Part shown: positions 14,861-26,851 of the stretch, in pieces | Layout of the letters: the number at the start of each line of letters is the position of its first letter | Position numbering within the stretch: position 1 is the first letter of the stretch | Assembly (NCBI GenBank): GCA_041611735.1 | Contig: JBFIML010000012.1 | Span: 15,433-79,432, forward strand | Length of the DNA: 64,000 nt | Direction: 5' to 3' | Source: Myxococcota bacterium | Lineage (GTDB): Bacteria; Myxococcota_A; UBA9160; PR03 | The notes under the pieces: generated by a model | The model's database searches: none | What the model was told of the DNA's origin: nothing | Seen by the model: only the letters and a program-made list of their open reading frames with translations | Position numbers and translations under genes: made by a program

Positions 14861-14957
14861 CGCGCGGTGGGTCGTCCCTCCTCCGCCGGGTCCTGGTCGG
14901 GACCCGTCCCCGGCTCGCGGGGCGCCATTCGATACGCGCCTGGCCGGTTAAGTCCTC

Positions 14958-14986
14958 AGATTACGGGCTCTTCCGGGGTGTGTCAA
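14958..14986 (-). promoter_or_regulatory. sigma70-like promoter upstream of DUF465-ilv operon (TTGACA-N17-TAATCT)
   Basis: Minus strand reads TTGACA (14986-14981), a 17-nt spacer, then TAATCT (14963-14958). It begins 12 nt after the tsaB stop and lies about 95 nt upstream of the DUF465 ATG. Confidence 0.5.
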
Positions 14987-14997
14987 AACGACAGGGC

Positions 14998-15687
14998 TCA
15001 TGCCGCACCCCCACGGCGCACCTCGGCCTCGGCGCGCCGCAGGTAGTGCGGCACCAGCTCCGCGGCGGGCCGAGCCTCGCCGCGTGCTAGACCGCGCAGA
15101 CCGATCCGACCCACGGCCACGGCTCGCTCTGTCCCCCCGGGCGGATCCAGGACCCGCGCCTCCCCAACGGCCGCCGCCACCCGCTCCGCGGCCTCGCCCA
15201 CCAGGACGCACCCGGCAGGCAGGCGCCCGGCGAGGTCCTCGGGAGCGAACAGCCCCGGGGCCACCAGCGCCTCGCTCGCTCCCCCCCGCAGGCGGAAGAC
15301 CGCCCCGTACACCTCACCCCGCTGGGCGTCCAGCACGGCCGCCACCACCGCTTCCGGGGGGGCCACCGCCCAGGCCAGGGCCTCCAGGGTCGGGACCGCC
15401 ACCACCGGCAGCGGCGGTTCGAAGGCGAGGCCCTTTACCGTGGCGAGACCCACCCGCAGGCCGGTGAACGAGCCCGGGCCGATGGAGACCGCCAGGGCGC
15501 CGAGCCCCTCCAGGGGGACGGCGGCGCGCGCCAACACCTCCAGGATGGCCGGAAGCAGGGTCTCGGAGACCGGTCGCTCGGGAGCCAGCGCGGTCGCGGC
15601 CAGCAGCTCACCGCCCCGCAGCACCGCCACGCCGGCCACCCGGGTGGCGCTCTCCACCGCGAGCAGGGCGGCGGACGCCGCCGGCAC
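14998..15687 (-). CDS. tsaB: tRNA threonylcarbamoyladenosine biosynthesis protein TsaB (YeaZ)
   Basis: Motifs ..LLAVESATRVAGVAVL.. and ..SIGPGSFTGLRVGLATVKGLA.. The start is uncertain. GTG 15687 avoids overlap with rseP. The ORF-track TTG 15720 would overlap rseP by 28 nt. Confidence 0.8.
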   Translation of the reverse strand: MPAASAALLAVESATRVAGVAVLRGGELLAATALAPERPVSETLLPAILEVLARAAVPLEGLGALAVSIGPGSFTGLRVGLATVKGLAFEPPLPVVAVPTLEALAWAVAPPEAVVAAVLDAQRGEVYGAVFRLRGGASEALVAPGLFAPEDLAGRLPAGCVLVGEAAERVAAAVGEARVLDPPGGTERAVAVGRIGLRGLARGEARPAAELVPHYLRRAEAEVRRGGAA

Positions 15688-15692
15688 CCGAG

Positions 15693-17363
15693 CTAGAGCC
15701 CCGAGCTCTGGCGCACCCAATCCACGAGCCGCGTCCAGTGACGGGACAGATCGTTCCAGAAGGCGAGACCCATCAGGAGGAGCAGCACGGTCAAACCCAG
15801 CTGCTGGGCGATCTCCCGGGTCCGGACCGAGACCGGCGAGCGCTTCACGCCCTCGATCACGAGCAGGAGCGCCTGGCCGCCGTCCAGCACGGGGATCGGG
15901 AGCAGGTTCAAGATGCCGAGATTGATGCTGATCAGGATCAGCGTGCTGAGGTACGCCTCCCAGCCCCGCTGCAGCGAGCGGTGGGCGATCTCGGCGATCC
16001 CGATCGGCCCGGCCAGCTGCTTGCGCGAGACCTCACCGGTCACGAGCTTGTGCAGCCCCACCATGAACGTGCGCATCACGTCGCCGGTCATGGCGACGGC
16101 GCGGGGCAGTGCCACCAGGGGATTCGCGGCCCGATCGATCTGGCTCGCTCCCGGCAGGGCGGCGGTCTCCGCCGTGATCCCGATCAGGTAGCGCTCCTCG
16201 GGGATGCCGAGTCCGGTGTCCGCCTCCGCCAGCTCGGGGCGGATCGCCACGTCGTGGCGCTCGCCGGAACGCGCGTAGACCAGGCGGAGCGACCGGCCGC
16301 GGCTCGAGCGCACCATCTCGGCGAAGGAGGCGAAGCTGCCCACGGGCGCGCCATCGACCGCCACGATCAGGTCGCCGGGCCGCAGCCCCGCGCGCTCCGC
16401 CGGCGAGCCCGGGGTGATGGCGGCGATGAGCACCGTGGCGGGCACGACCCCGAGGGCCTGGGTCGAGCCCCGGGCCGGCACGGAGAGCGCGTGGCGCTCG
16501 GGTTCCGGGGAGCCCCGCTCCACCTCGAGCTCGAGGCGTCCCGTGCGGGCCTCGGCGTAGCGGGTGGCGAAGGCGTTCCAGTCGGCGATCGGCTCCCCCT
16601 CGATGGCCGTCACCCGGTCTCCGGAGCGCAGCCCCGCCCGCGCGGCCTCCGTGTCCGCGTCGGGCACGCCGAGCACGGCCGGCGGACGGGCGTGGTCGAG
16701 ACCGACCCAGCCCACCTCGCCCACGCCGCCGAAGGCGTCCAGGCCGCTGCGTGCCTGCACCGGGAGCGCCACCTGGAAGACCTGGCCGGCCCGGTCCACC
16801 CGAAGCGTCAGGGTGCCGCCCGGGCTCCGCCGCACCGCGTCCTCCAGACCCTCCCACCATTCCACGGCCGTGCCGTCCACGGCCAGCACGCGGTCCCCGG
16901 GCTGCAGGCTCGCCTCCGCGGCCGGCGAGGCCGGCTCGACGCCGCCGATCACCGGCGCCGGACGCGGCATCCCGATCGAGAGAACCGCGGCGAAGACGAC
17001 CACCGGGAGCAGCAGGTTCATGACGGGGCCGGCGAACACGATGGCCAGCCGCTGCCAGACCGGCTTGGCGTTGAAGGCGCGGTTCGCGTCCGTCTGCTGC
17101 GCGGCCTGGGCCTCCTCGTCGGGGTTCTCCCCGAGCATCTTCACGAAGCCCCCCAGCGGGAACCAGGCCACCACGTACTCGGTCTCGCCCCAGCGGCGCG
17201 CGAGCCGCCAGCGCCCGAATCCGATCGGCGGGCCGAAGCCCAGCGAGAACTTGAGCACGCGCACGCCGAACAGCTTCGCCACCAGGAAGTGGCCGAGCTC
17301 GTGCACGAAGATGAGCACGCCCAACATGGCGACCAGGGCGAACAGGAACGAGAGTGCGGTCAT
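15693..17363 (-). CDS. rseP: RIP metalloprotease RseP (site-2 protease, M50)
   Basis: ATG 17363 (ATGA overlap with the dxr stop). HELGHFLVAKLFG zinc motif, PDZ-like repeats, C-terminal NLLPIPVLDGG. 556 aa. Confidence 0.93.
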   Translation of the reverse strand: MTALSFLFALVAMLGVLIFVHELGHFLVAKLFGVRVLKFSLGFGPPIGFGRWRLARRWGETEYVVAWFPLGGFVKMLGENPDEEAQAAQQTDANRAFNAKPVWQRLAIVFAGPVMNLLLPVVVFAAVLSIGMPRPAPVIGGVEPASPAAEASLQPGDRVLAVDGTAVEWWEGLEDAVRRSPGGTLTLRVDRAGQVFQVALPVQARSGLDAFGGVGEVGWVGLDHARPPAVLGVPDADTEAARAGLRSGDRVTAIEGEPIADWNAFATRYAEARTGRLELEVERGSPEPERHALSVPARGSTQALGVVPATVLIAAITPGSPAERAGLRPGDLIVAVDGAPVGSFASFAEMVRSSRGRSLRLVYARSGERHDVAIRPELAEADTGLGIPEERYLIGITAETAALPGASQIDRAANPLVALPRAVAMTGDVMRTFMVGLHKLVTGEVSRKQLAGPIGIAEIAHRSLQRGWEAYLSTLILISINLGILNLLPIPVLDGGQALLLVIEGVKRSPVSVRTREIAQQLGLTVLLLLMGLAFWNDLSRHWTRLVDWVRQSSGL

Positions 17364-18532
17364 GCGGAGCCTCCGGGGGCGAGCACGTCACGGGCATGCG
17401 CGCGGGCCCAGGCGTCCACGGCCCGCACGTCCTCGAGATCCCGCAGCGGCGCATGCGCCGAACGGGCCAGATGGGCCTCGAGCACGCGGCCGGCGGTGGC
17501 TGCGATGGCCGGAAACGGTACCGCGCGCTCCAGGAAGGCGGCCACCGCCACCTCGTTGGCGGCGTTCAACACGCAAGGCGCCGCCTCGTCCCCCGCCAGC
17601 GCCGCGTAGGCCAGGTCCAGGGCGGGGAACCGCTTGCGGTCGGGCGCCTCGAAGTCGAGCCGCCCGAGCGCGGCCAGATCGAGACGCGGAAGCTCGAGGG
17701 GCAGGCGCTCGGGATGGGAGAGCGCCAGGGCGATGGGAATACGCATGTCCGGCAGGCCGAGCTGCGCCAGCACGGATCCATCCGCGAGCTCGACCAGGGA
17801 ATGCACGATCGACTGGGGATGCACGACCACATCGACCCGCTCCGGAGGCACGTCGAACAGCCAGCGCGCCTCGATCACCTCGAGCCCCTTGTTCATGAGG
17901 CTGGCCGAGTCGATGGTGATCTTGGGCCCCATGTCCCAGTTCGGATGGGCGAGCGCCTCGTCCAGCGTCGCCCGGACGATGCGCTCTGCGGGCCAGGTGC
18001 GGAACGGTCCGCCCGAGGCGGTCAGGACCAGCCGCGCCACGTCTTCCTTGCGCTGGCCCACCAGCACCTGGAAGAGCGCACTGTGCTCGCTGTCCACCGG
18101 GAGCAGGCGCGCGCCCCGCTCCCGCGCCTCGCGCATCACCAGCGCGCCCGCCATGACCAGGACTTCCTTGTTGGCCAGGGCCAGATCGCGACCGGCGCGC
18201 AGGGCGGCCAGCGCCGGCGGGAGGCCCACCGCCCCCACCAGCGCCGCCACCACCAGGTCGGCCTCGTGGGTAGCCACCGCCTCGAGGCCCTCGGGGCCGT
18301 GAAGCACCGGGGGTGCCTCGGCGCCCAGGTGCGCCCGCAGCGCGGCGGCGGATTCCGCATCGGCCACCGAGACCAGGGCGGGGCGATGACGACGCACCTG
18401 GGTGGCCAGCTTCTCGACACTGCGTCCTGCCGCCAGGGCGGTGACGCGAAATCGCTCCGGGAAGGCTCCCGCCACCGCCAGGCACTGCTCGCCCACGCTG
18501 CCCGTGCTCCCGAGCACTGCCAGCCGTTTCAC
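17360..18532 (-). CDS. dxr: 1-deoxy-D-xylulose 5-phosphate reductoisomerase
   Basis: ORF 17360..18646 trimmed to GTG 18532 (GTGA overlap with the uppS stop). Motifs VKRLAVLGSTGSVGEQ, LANKE, DSEHSALFQ, NKGLEVIEA. 390 aa. Confidence 0.93.
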   Translation of the reverse strand: MKRLAVLGSTGSVGEQCLAVAGAFPERFRVTALAAGRSVEKLATQVRRHRPALVSVADAESAAALRAHLGAEAPPVLHGPEGLEAVATHEADLVVAALVGAVGLPPALAALRAGRDLALANKEVLVMAGALVMREARERGARLLPVDSEHSALFQVLVGQRKEDVARLVLTASGGPFRTWPAERIVRATLDEALAHPNWDMGPKITIDSASLMNKGLEVIEARWLFDVPPERVDVVVHPQSIVHSLVELADGSVLAQLGLPDMRIPIALALSHPERLPLELPRLDLAALGRLDFEAPDRKRFPALDLAYAALAGDEAAPCVLNAANEVAVAAFLERAVPFPAIAATAGRVLEAHLARSAHAPLRDLEDVRAVDAWARAHARDVLAPGGSA

Positions 18533-19287
18533 GGCGTCTCCGGCGGCCCGCGTCGTACCTGGGCGCTGGTCAGGCCATAGCGCCGCTCTCGATCCTGGTA
18601 GAGGAGCAGGGCCTCCACGAGATGCTTCTTGCGGAACTCGGGCCACATGACGGGCACCACATGCAGCTCGGTGTAGGCGATCTGCCAGAGCAGGAAGTTG
18701 GAGATCCGCTGCTCGGCTCCGGTCCGGATCAACAGGTCCGGGTCGGGCAGATCCGGTGCGTAGAGGTACTGGGCGAAGGTCTTCTCGTCCAGGTGGTCGA
18801 CGTCGACCTTGCCGAGCTCGTAGTCGCGCAGGAGCCGGCGTGCGGCATCGATGATCTCGGCACGTCCGCCGTAGGAGAGCCCGAAGACGAGCTGCATCTC
18901 CGTGTTGGCCCGGCTGCGCTCCACCGCGCGCTCCAGTCGGGAACGCACCGATTCGGGCAGCCGTTCCAGCCGGCCGATGGCCCGGACCCGCACGCCGTTG
19001 CGCATCACCTCCTCGAGCTCGCTCTCCAGGTAGTGGTCGAGCAGACCCATGAGCTCGTCCACCTCGACCCGCGGCCGGTTCCAGTTCTCGGTGGAGAAGG
19101 CGTAGAGGGTCAGGATCGGGACGCCGAGCTCGTGGCCTGCGCGCACCACGGCGCGTACGGACTCGATGCCGGCCCGGTGGCCTTCCAGCCGCGAGAGCCC
19201 TCGTCGTTCCGCCCAGCGCCCGTTGCCGTCCATGATGATGGCCACGTGACGCGGTAGCGCGTCGGGTCGGATCCGCCGCTCGTGCAT
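18529..19287 (-). CDS. uppS: undecaprenyl (isoprenyl) diphosphate synthase
   Basis: ORF trimmed to ATG 19287, 1 nt after the frr stop. Motifs HVAIIMDGNGRWA, FSTENWNRP, IRTGAEQRISNFLLWQ. 252 aa. Confidence 0.93.
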   Translation of the reverse strand: MHERRIRPDALPRHVAIIMDGNGRWAERRGLSRLEGHRAGIESVRAVVRAGHELGVPILTLYAFSTENWNRPRVEVDELMGLLDHYLESELEEVMRNGVRVRAIGRLERLPESVRSRLERAVERSRANTEMQLVFGLSYGGRAEIIDAARRLLRDYELGKVDVDHLDEKTFAQYLYAPDLPDPDLLIRTGAEQRISNFLLWQIAYTELHVVPVMWPEFRKKHLVEALLLYQDRERRYGLTSAQVRRGPPETP

Positions 19288-19288
19288 C

Positions 19289-19858
19289 TCAGACCTGGAG
19301 CACTTCCTGTTCCTTCTGGTCGGCCAGACCATCGATCTTCTTCACGTATTCGTCGGTGAGCTCCTGGACCTTCTTCTCGACCCGGTGGCGCTCGTCGCTG
19401 GGGACCGACCCCCCCCCTTCCAGCTTCTTGACCTCGGCCACGGCTTCGCGGCGCGCCTCCCGCACCCCGAGCTTGTGATCCTCGGCGACCTTGCGCACGT
19501 GCTTCACCAGTTCCTTGCGGCGCTCCTCGGTGAGGGGCGGAATCGGGATCCGCACGACCTTGCCGTCGTTGGAGGGGGTCAGGCCCAGGTCGGAGCTCTG
19601 CACCGCCTTCTCGATCGCCTGGAGCGCGCCCTTGTCGTAGGGGGAGATCACGATCAGCCGGGGGTCCGGCGTGGTCAGGTTGGCCAGCTGGTTGAGCGGC
19701 GTCGGCGTCCCGTAGTAGTCGATCTGGATGCCGTCGAGCAGCGCCGAGTTGGCCCGTCCGGTCCGCACCTTGCGGAGGTCGTTGCGCAGGTGCTGGACCG
19801 ACTTTTCCATCCCTGCCTGCGCCGCTTCCAGCACCTTGCGCACGTCCTGCTCGGCCAT
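19289..19858 (-). CDS. frr: ribosome recycling factor
   Basis: 189 aa, full-length RRF pattern (..LRNDLRKVRTGRANSALLD..ISPYDK..). Confidence 0.95.
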   Translation of the reverse strand: MAEQDVRKVLEAAQAGMEKSVQHLRNDLRKVRTGRANSALLDGIQIDYYGTPTPLNQLANLTTPDPRLIVISPYDKGALQAIEKAVQSSDLGLTPSNDGKVVRIPIPPLTEERRKELVKHVRKVAEDHKLGVREARREAVAEVKKLEGGGSVPSDERHRVEKKVQELTDEYVKKIDGLADQKEQEVLQV

Positions 19859-19868
19859 GGTTCCTCCG

Positions 19869-20582
19869 TCACTCCGCCACGAGCGTGCCGATCTTCTCGC
19901 CGCACACCACCTTGCGGATGTTGCCGGGGACCGTCATGTCGAACACGACGATCGGCAGGCGGTTCTCCCGGCACAGCGCGATCGCGGTCTGGTCCATGAA
20001 GCGCAGGTTGCGCTGAATGCTCTCGTCGTAGGTCAGGCGGTCGAAGCGGGTGGCGGCGGGATGGGTCTCGGGATCGGCGTCGTAGACCCCGTCCACCCGC
20101 GTCGCCTTCAGGATCGCGTCGGCGTGGATCTCGGCCGCGCGCAGGGCGGCCGCCGTGTCGGTGGTGAAGTAGGGATTGCCGGTTCCGGCGGCGAAGATCA
20201 CGATGCGGCCCTTCTCCAGGTGCCGCTCCGCACGCCTGCGGATGTAGGGTTCGGCCACCTCCTTGATCTCAAGGGCCGAGAGCACCCGGGTCGGCAGACC
20301 CGCCTCCTCGAGGGCATCCTGGAGCGCGAGGGCGTTGATCACGCTCGCCATCATGCCCATGTAATCGGCGCTGGCCCGGTCCATGCCCTCGGCGGCGGCG
20401 GTCATGCCGCGGATCACGTTGCCGCCTCCGATCACGATGGCGACCTCGATGCCGAGCGCCTGCACGTCCCGGACCTCCTCGGCAACGCCCCGGATCACGC
20501 CCGGGTTGATGCCGAAGCCGCGGTCGCCGGCCAGGCGCTCGCCCGAGAGCTTGAGCACGACGCGCCGGTAGGCCGCCTTCAC
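19869..20582 (-). CDS. pyrH: UMP kinase
   Basis: ORF 19869..21389 trimmed to GTG 20582 (GTGA overlap with the tsf stop). Motifs [38 protein letters not shown]. 237 aa. Confidence 0.93.
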   Translation of the reverse strand: MKAAYRRVVLKLSGERLAGDRGFGINPGVIRGVAEEVRDVQALGIEVAIVIGGGNVIRGMTAAAEGMDRASADYMGMMASVINALALQDALEEAGLPTRVLSALEIKEVAEPYIRRRAERHLEKGRIVIFAAGTGNPYFTTDTAAALRAAEIHADAILKATRVDGVYDADPETHPAATRFDRLTYDESIQRNLRFMDQTAIALCRENRLPIVVFDMTVPGNIRKVVCGEKIGTLVAE

Positions 20583-21454
20583 GTCGCACCGCCTTCGCCC
20601 AGGCGGAAGCGCACGTAGCCGGCGACGCTGAGCGGACTCCCGAGCCGCTTCGATTCTGCCTCGAGCACCTCTCCGACCCGGCGGTCCGGGTCCTTGATGA
20701 AGGGCTGCTCGAGCACACAGACCTCCGAGAAGAACTTCTGGATGCGGCCCTCCACGATGCGGTCCAGCACCTGGGCGGGCTTCCCGCTCTGCTCCGCCTG
20801 CTTGCGGAACACCTCCCGCTCCTGGGCGACCACGTCTTCCGGAACCCCGGCGCGATCCACGGCGATCGGTGACGGGTCGGCCGCCGCCACGTGCATGGCG
20901 AGGTCCTTGGCCACCGCGTCCACCGCCTCGCCGGTCGCCGGGGTGCTGAGCGCCACCAGCACGGCGAGCTTGCCGCCTGCGTGGACGTAGCCGCCCACTC
21001 GACCCGGCGGGTCCACCGCCAGGCGCGCCACGCGCTTCGCGACGATGTTCTCCCCGATGCGCCCGACGACGGCCTGGATGCGCTCGCGAACCGTCTCCCC
21101 GTCCACGGAGGCGTCCTGCAGCGCCTCTGGCGTCTGGAGCGCCGGATCCGCCGCCACGAGCTTCGCCAGGGTGCTGGCCAGCTCCTGGAAGTCCGGCGTC
21201 TTGGCCACGAAATCGGTCTCGCAACCGAGCTCCACCAGGGCGCCGGCTTCCCCGGCCAGGGCCATCCCGATCGCCCCCTCGGTGGTCTCGCGTCCCTCCC
21301 GCTTGACCGCCCGGGCCAGGCCCCGCTCCCGCAGGAGCTGCACGGCGCGCTCCAGGTCGCCCTGGGCGTCGGCCAGGGCGCGCTTGCACTCCATCATGCC
21401 GACGCCGGTGCGCTCCCGCAGGGCCTTCACCGCGCGTGCCGAGATCTCGGCCAT
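20579..21454 (-). CDS. tsf: translation elongation factor Ts
   Basis: ORF trimmed to ATG 21454 ([13 protein letters not shown]). N-terminus [27 protein letters not shown]. 291 aa. Confidence 0.93.
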   Translation of the reverse strand: MAEISARAVKALRERTGVGMMECKRALADAQGDLERAVQLLRERGLARAVKREGRETTEGAIGMALAGEAGALVELGCETDFVAKTPDFQELASTLAKLVAADPALQTPEALQDASVDGETVRERIQAVVGRIGENIVAKRVARLAVDPPGRVGGYVHAGGKLAVLVALSTPATGEAVDAVAKDLAMHVAAADPSPIAVDRAGVPEDVVAQEREVFRKQAEQSGKPAQVLDRIVEGRIQKFFSEVCVLEQPFIKDPDRRVGEVLEAESKRLGSPLSVAGYVRFRLGEGGAT

Positions 21455-21470
21455 GCTCCCTCCCCCGGCG

Positions 21471-22583
21471 TCAGCTGCCGCCGCCCGGATCCCCGTCCGG
21501 CCGGACCTCGCCCGGGTCGGCCTTGGCCTCGCCCGGACCCGCCTTGACCTTGCCCGGACCGGCCTTGGCCTCGCCCGGGCCGGCCTTGACCTCGGCCGGA
21601 GCGGCCTTGGCCTTGGCCTCGGCCCCGGGCTCCTCACCGGAACGCGGCCCCCGGCGCCCGCCCGCCGAGCGCCCAGCGCCCCCGGCCCCGCGGCCGCGCC
21701 GCGGTGGCTGCTTGATCTCCACCACCACACGCCCGCTGGCAGGCGCTGCGGCGGCGGCCTCGCGCCCGGTCGCCTCCTGGGCGACCTGGGCCTGGATGCG
21801 CTCCTCGCAGAGCACGGCCCCCTCGAGGCAGGCGTCCGCCACCCGTGCGCTGTAGAGCTGGATGGCGCGGATCGCGTCGTCGTTGCCCGGAATCACGTAG
21901 TCGATGCCCAGCGGATCGCAGTTCGAGTCGACCACGGCGACGATCGGGATGACGAGGCGCCGGGCCTCCTGGATCGCGATGTGCTCGCGGCTCACGTCGA
22001 TCACGAATAGGGCGTCCGGGAGCCTCGTCATCTCGCGGATGCCGTCGAATGCCTTGCTGTAACGGTCCACCTCGCGGCTCAGGCGAGACCGCTCCTTCTT
22101 GGAGAGATCCTTGAGCTTCTCCTCGTCTTCGAGCACTTCCAGCAGGCTCTTGAAGCGCTCGATGGACTTCTTCACGGTGCGGAAGTTGGTCAGCATCCCG
22201 CCCAGCCAGCGGTTGTTCACGTAGAACTGCTCGGCCCGCTCCGCTTCGAGCTGCATCGACGGCGCGGCCTGCCGCTTGGTGCCAACGAAGAGCACCTTGC
22301 CGCCGGCCGCCACGGTCTCACGCACGAAGTCGAGGGCGGCGCGCAGACGCACCAGCGTCTGGTCCAGATCCACGATGTGGATGCCATTACGCTCCCCGAA
22401 CAGGAACGGCTTCATGCGCGGGTTCCAGCGTCGGGTCTGGTGCCCGAAGTGGACGCCCGCCTCCAACAGCTCGCGCACCGTGGGCGGGCCGACGGGCCGC
22501 TCGGCGGCGGCCTCGGCGCCCGCTGCGGGCGGCGGCGTGGGGGGGGTGGAGACGGACGGATCGGGAGGGGTCGTCTCGACCAT
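21471..22583 (-). CDS. rpsB: 30S ribosomal protein S2 with Pro-rich N-terminal and repeat-containing C-terminal extensions
   Basis: ATG 22583 preceded by AAGGAG 6 nt upstream. The core motif LLEAGVHFGHQTRRWNPRMKPF begins about 38 aa in. C-terminal tail is ..KAKAAPAEVKAGPGEAKAGPGKVKAGPGEAKADPGEV.. 370 aa. Confidence 0.88.
   Translation of the reverse strand: MVETTPPDPSVSTPPTPPPAAGAEAAAERPVGPPTVRELLEAGVHFGHQTRRWNPRMKPFLFGERNGIHIVDLDQTLVRLRAALDFVRETVAAGGKVLFVGTKRQAAPSMQLEAERAEQFYVNNRWLGGMLTNFRTVKKSIERFKSLLEVLEDEEKLKDLSKKERSRLSREVDRYSKAFDGIREMTRLPDALFVIDVSREHIAIQEARRLVIPIVAVVDSNCDPLGIDYVIPGNDDAIRAIQLYSARVADACLEGAVLCEERIQAQVAQEATGREAAAAAPASGRVVVEIKQPPRRGRGAGGAGRSAGGRRGPRSGEEPGAEAKAKAAPAEVKAGPGEAKAGPGKVKAGPGEAKADPGEVRPDGDPGGGS
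21510..21614 (-). repeat. five tandem 21-nt (7-aa, [E/K][A/V]KAGPG) in-frame repeats in the rpsB 3' end
   Basis: Plus strand shows reiterated ccggccttg[g/a]cc[t/]..gcccgg units with 21-nt period. These translate to KAKAAPA/EVKAGPG/EAKAGPG/KVKAGPG/EAKADPG. Confidence 0.8.
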
Positions 22584-22752
22584 GCACTTCTCCTTCGCGG
22601 TTGACCTCCGCTCCGGCCGTGGCTCCCGGAAACCCGCCGCACCAGCCAGCGGGCACCGCCCCGGGCGGTCCGGAACGTGTGGAATGGCGAGGAGATAGCA
22701 GAGTCGCGAGGGAAACTCTAGGGATTCGGAGCACCCCGCGGGCCCGGCGGCC

Positions 22753-23949
22753 TCACGTGGTGTACTCGGCGTTGATGCGAACGTAGGCGGGGGAGAGGTC
22801 GCAGGTCCACAGGGTCGCCTGCCCCCGACCCACGCCCAGGTGGGCGTGCACCTCGACGGCTTCACGGCGCAGCTTCGCAGCGGCTCGCCGGCGCGCGGCG
22901 GGCCCGGCGGGGACGCCTGCCCGGTAGACGGACACCCCGCCGAGGCGCACCTCCGCCCGGCGCAGGTCCAGGACCAGCCTCCCGGCACCGATGGTCTGCA
23001 GGATGCGGCCCCAGTTGGGGTCGGCTCCGTGGACCGCCGTCTTCACCAGCAGCGAGTTGGCCACGCGGCGGGCCGCCTGCTCCGCCTCCCCCGCATCGCG
23101 CGCGCCCGTGACCCGAACCGTCACCAGCTTGGTAGCCCCCTCCCCGTCCCGGGCGATGGCCCGGGCGAGCCCGGCGCACAGGCGACCCAGGGCCCCGGCG
23201 AAGGCCCGGGCCTCCGGGCTCGTGGCGCCGCGCAGAGGCCGGTTGCCGGCCCGACCGCTCGCCAGCAGCAGCAGCGTGTCGCTGGTGGAAGTCTCCCCGT
23301 CCACCGTGACCCGGTTGAAGGTCGCCTCGCACGCCTCGCGCAGCAGGCGCCGCAGGGTCGGGGCCGCCACTGCGGCGTCCGTGAGCACGAAGGCGAGCAT
23401 CGTGGCCATGTCCGGCTCGATCATGCCCGCCCCCTTGGCGCAACCGGCCAGCGTCGCCACACGACGGCCGAGGCGCACGCGGGTCGACGCCCACTTGGGC
23501 TGGGTGTCCGTGGTCAGGATGGCCTCGGCCGCCCGGGGCAGACCGTCCGGGGCCAGCGCCGCCACGGCCCGGGGGATGCCGAGCCGCAGGCGCGGCATGG
23601 GAAGCGGCTGACCGATCACCCCCGTCGAAGCGACCAGCACTTCCCGTTCCGGGCAGCCCAGGGCGCGCGCCACCCAGGCGCTCATCTGCCGGGCGTCGCG
23701 CTGGCCGCGGGCGCCCGTGGCCACGTTCGAGACGCCGCTGTTCACCACCACCGCCCGGGCCCGGCCCGCGCGCACGCGCTCTCGCGACAGCGCCACGGGA
23801 GCCCCCACCACCGTGGAGCGCGTGAACACGCCGGCCGCGGCGGCGGGGGCGTCGCTCACGAGCAGGGCCAGATCGAGGCCCCGGCGCTTGATGCCGCAGC
23901 GTACCCCGCTCGCCCGGAAGCCCGGCACGACGGGCGGCCGTCGCGCCAT
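22753..23949 (-). CDS. argJ: bifunctional glutamate N-acetyltransferase / amino-acid acetyltransferase
   Basis: 398 aa. Motif ..GMIEPDMATMLAFVLTDA.. contains the autoproteolytic Thr. C-terminus ..YVRINAEYTT. Confidence 0.93.
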   Translation of the reverse strand: MARRPPVVPGFRASGVRCGIKRRGLDLALLVSDAPAAAAGVFTRSTVVGAPVALSRERVRAGRARAVVVNSGVSNVATGARGQRDARQMSAWVARALGCPEREVLVASTGVIGQPLPMPRLRLGIPRAVAALAPDGLPRAAEAILTTDTQPKWASTRVRLGRRVATLAGCAKGAGMIEPDMATMLAFVLTDAAVAAPTLRRLLREACEATFNRVTVDGETSTSDTLLLLASGRAGNRPLRGATSPEARAFAGALGRLCAGLARAIARDGEGATKLVTVRVTGARDAGEAEQAARRVANSLLVKTAVHGADPNWGRILQTIGAGRLVLDLRRAEVRLGGVSVYRAGVPAGPAARRRAAAKLRREAVEVHAHLGVGRGQATLWTCDLSPAYVRINAEYTT

Positions 23950-23956
23950 GGAGCGC

Positions 23957-26758
<2,802 letters not shown>

Positions 26759-26851
26759 GGGGAAGCGCGGTTCTCCCGCTCGGGGGGCGAGCCTGCAAGG
26801 AAGGTAGGAGACGCCCCGACGGCGGGCAAACGGCCCGGGGAGCCCGGACCC

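Noticed and set aside
21510-21614. Periodic 21-nt repeats that could superficially suggest a repeat array.
   Set aside because: They are in-frame coding repeats inside rpsB with no spacers, so this is not a CRISPR array. No CRISPR, IS element, integrase or prophage signature was seen anywhere in the window.
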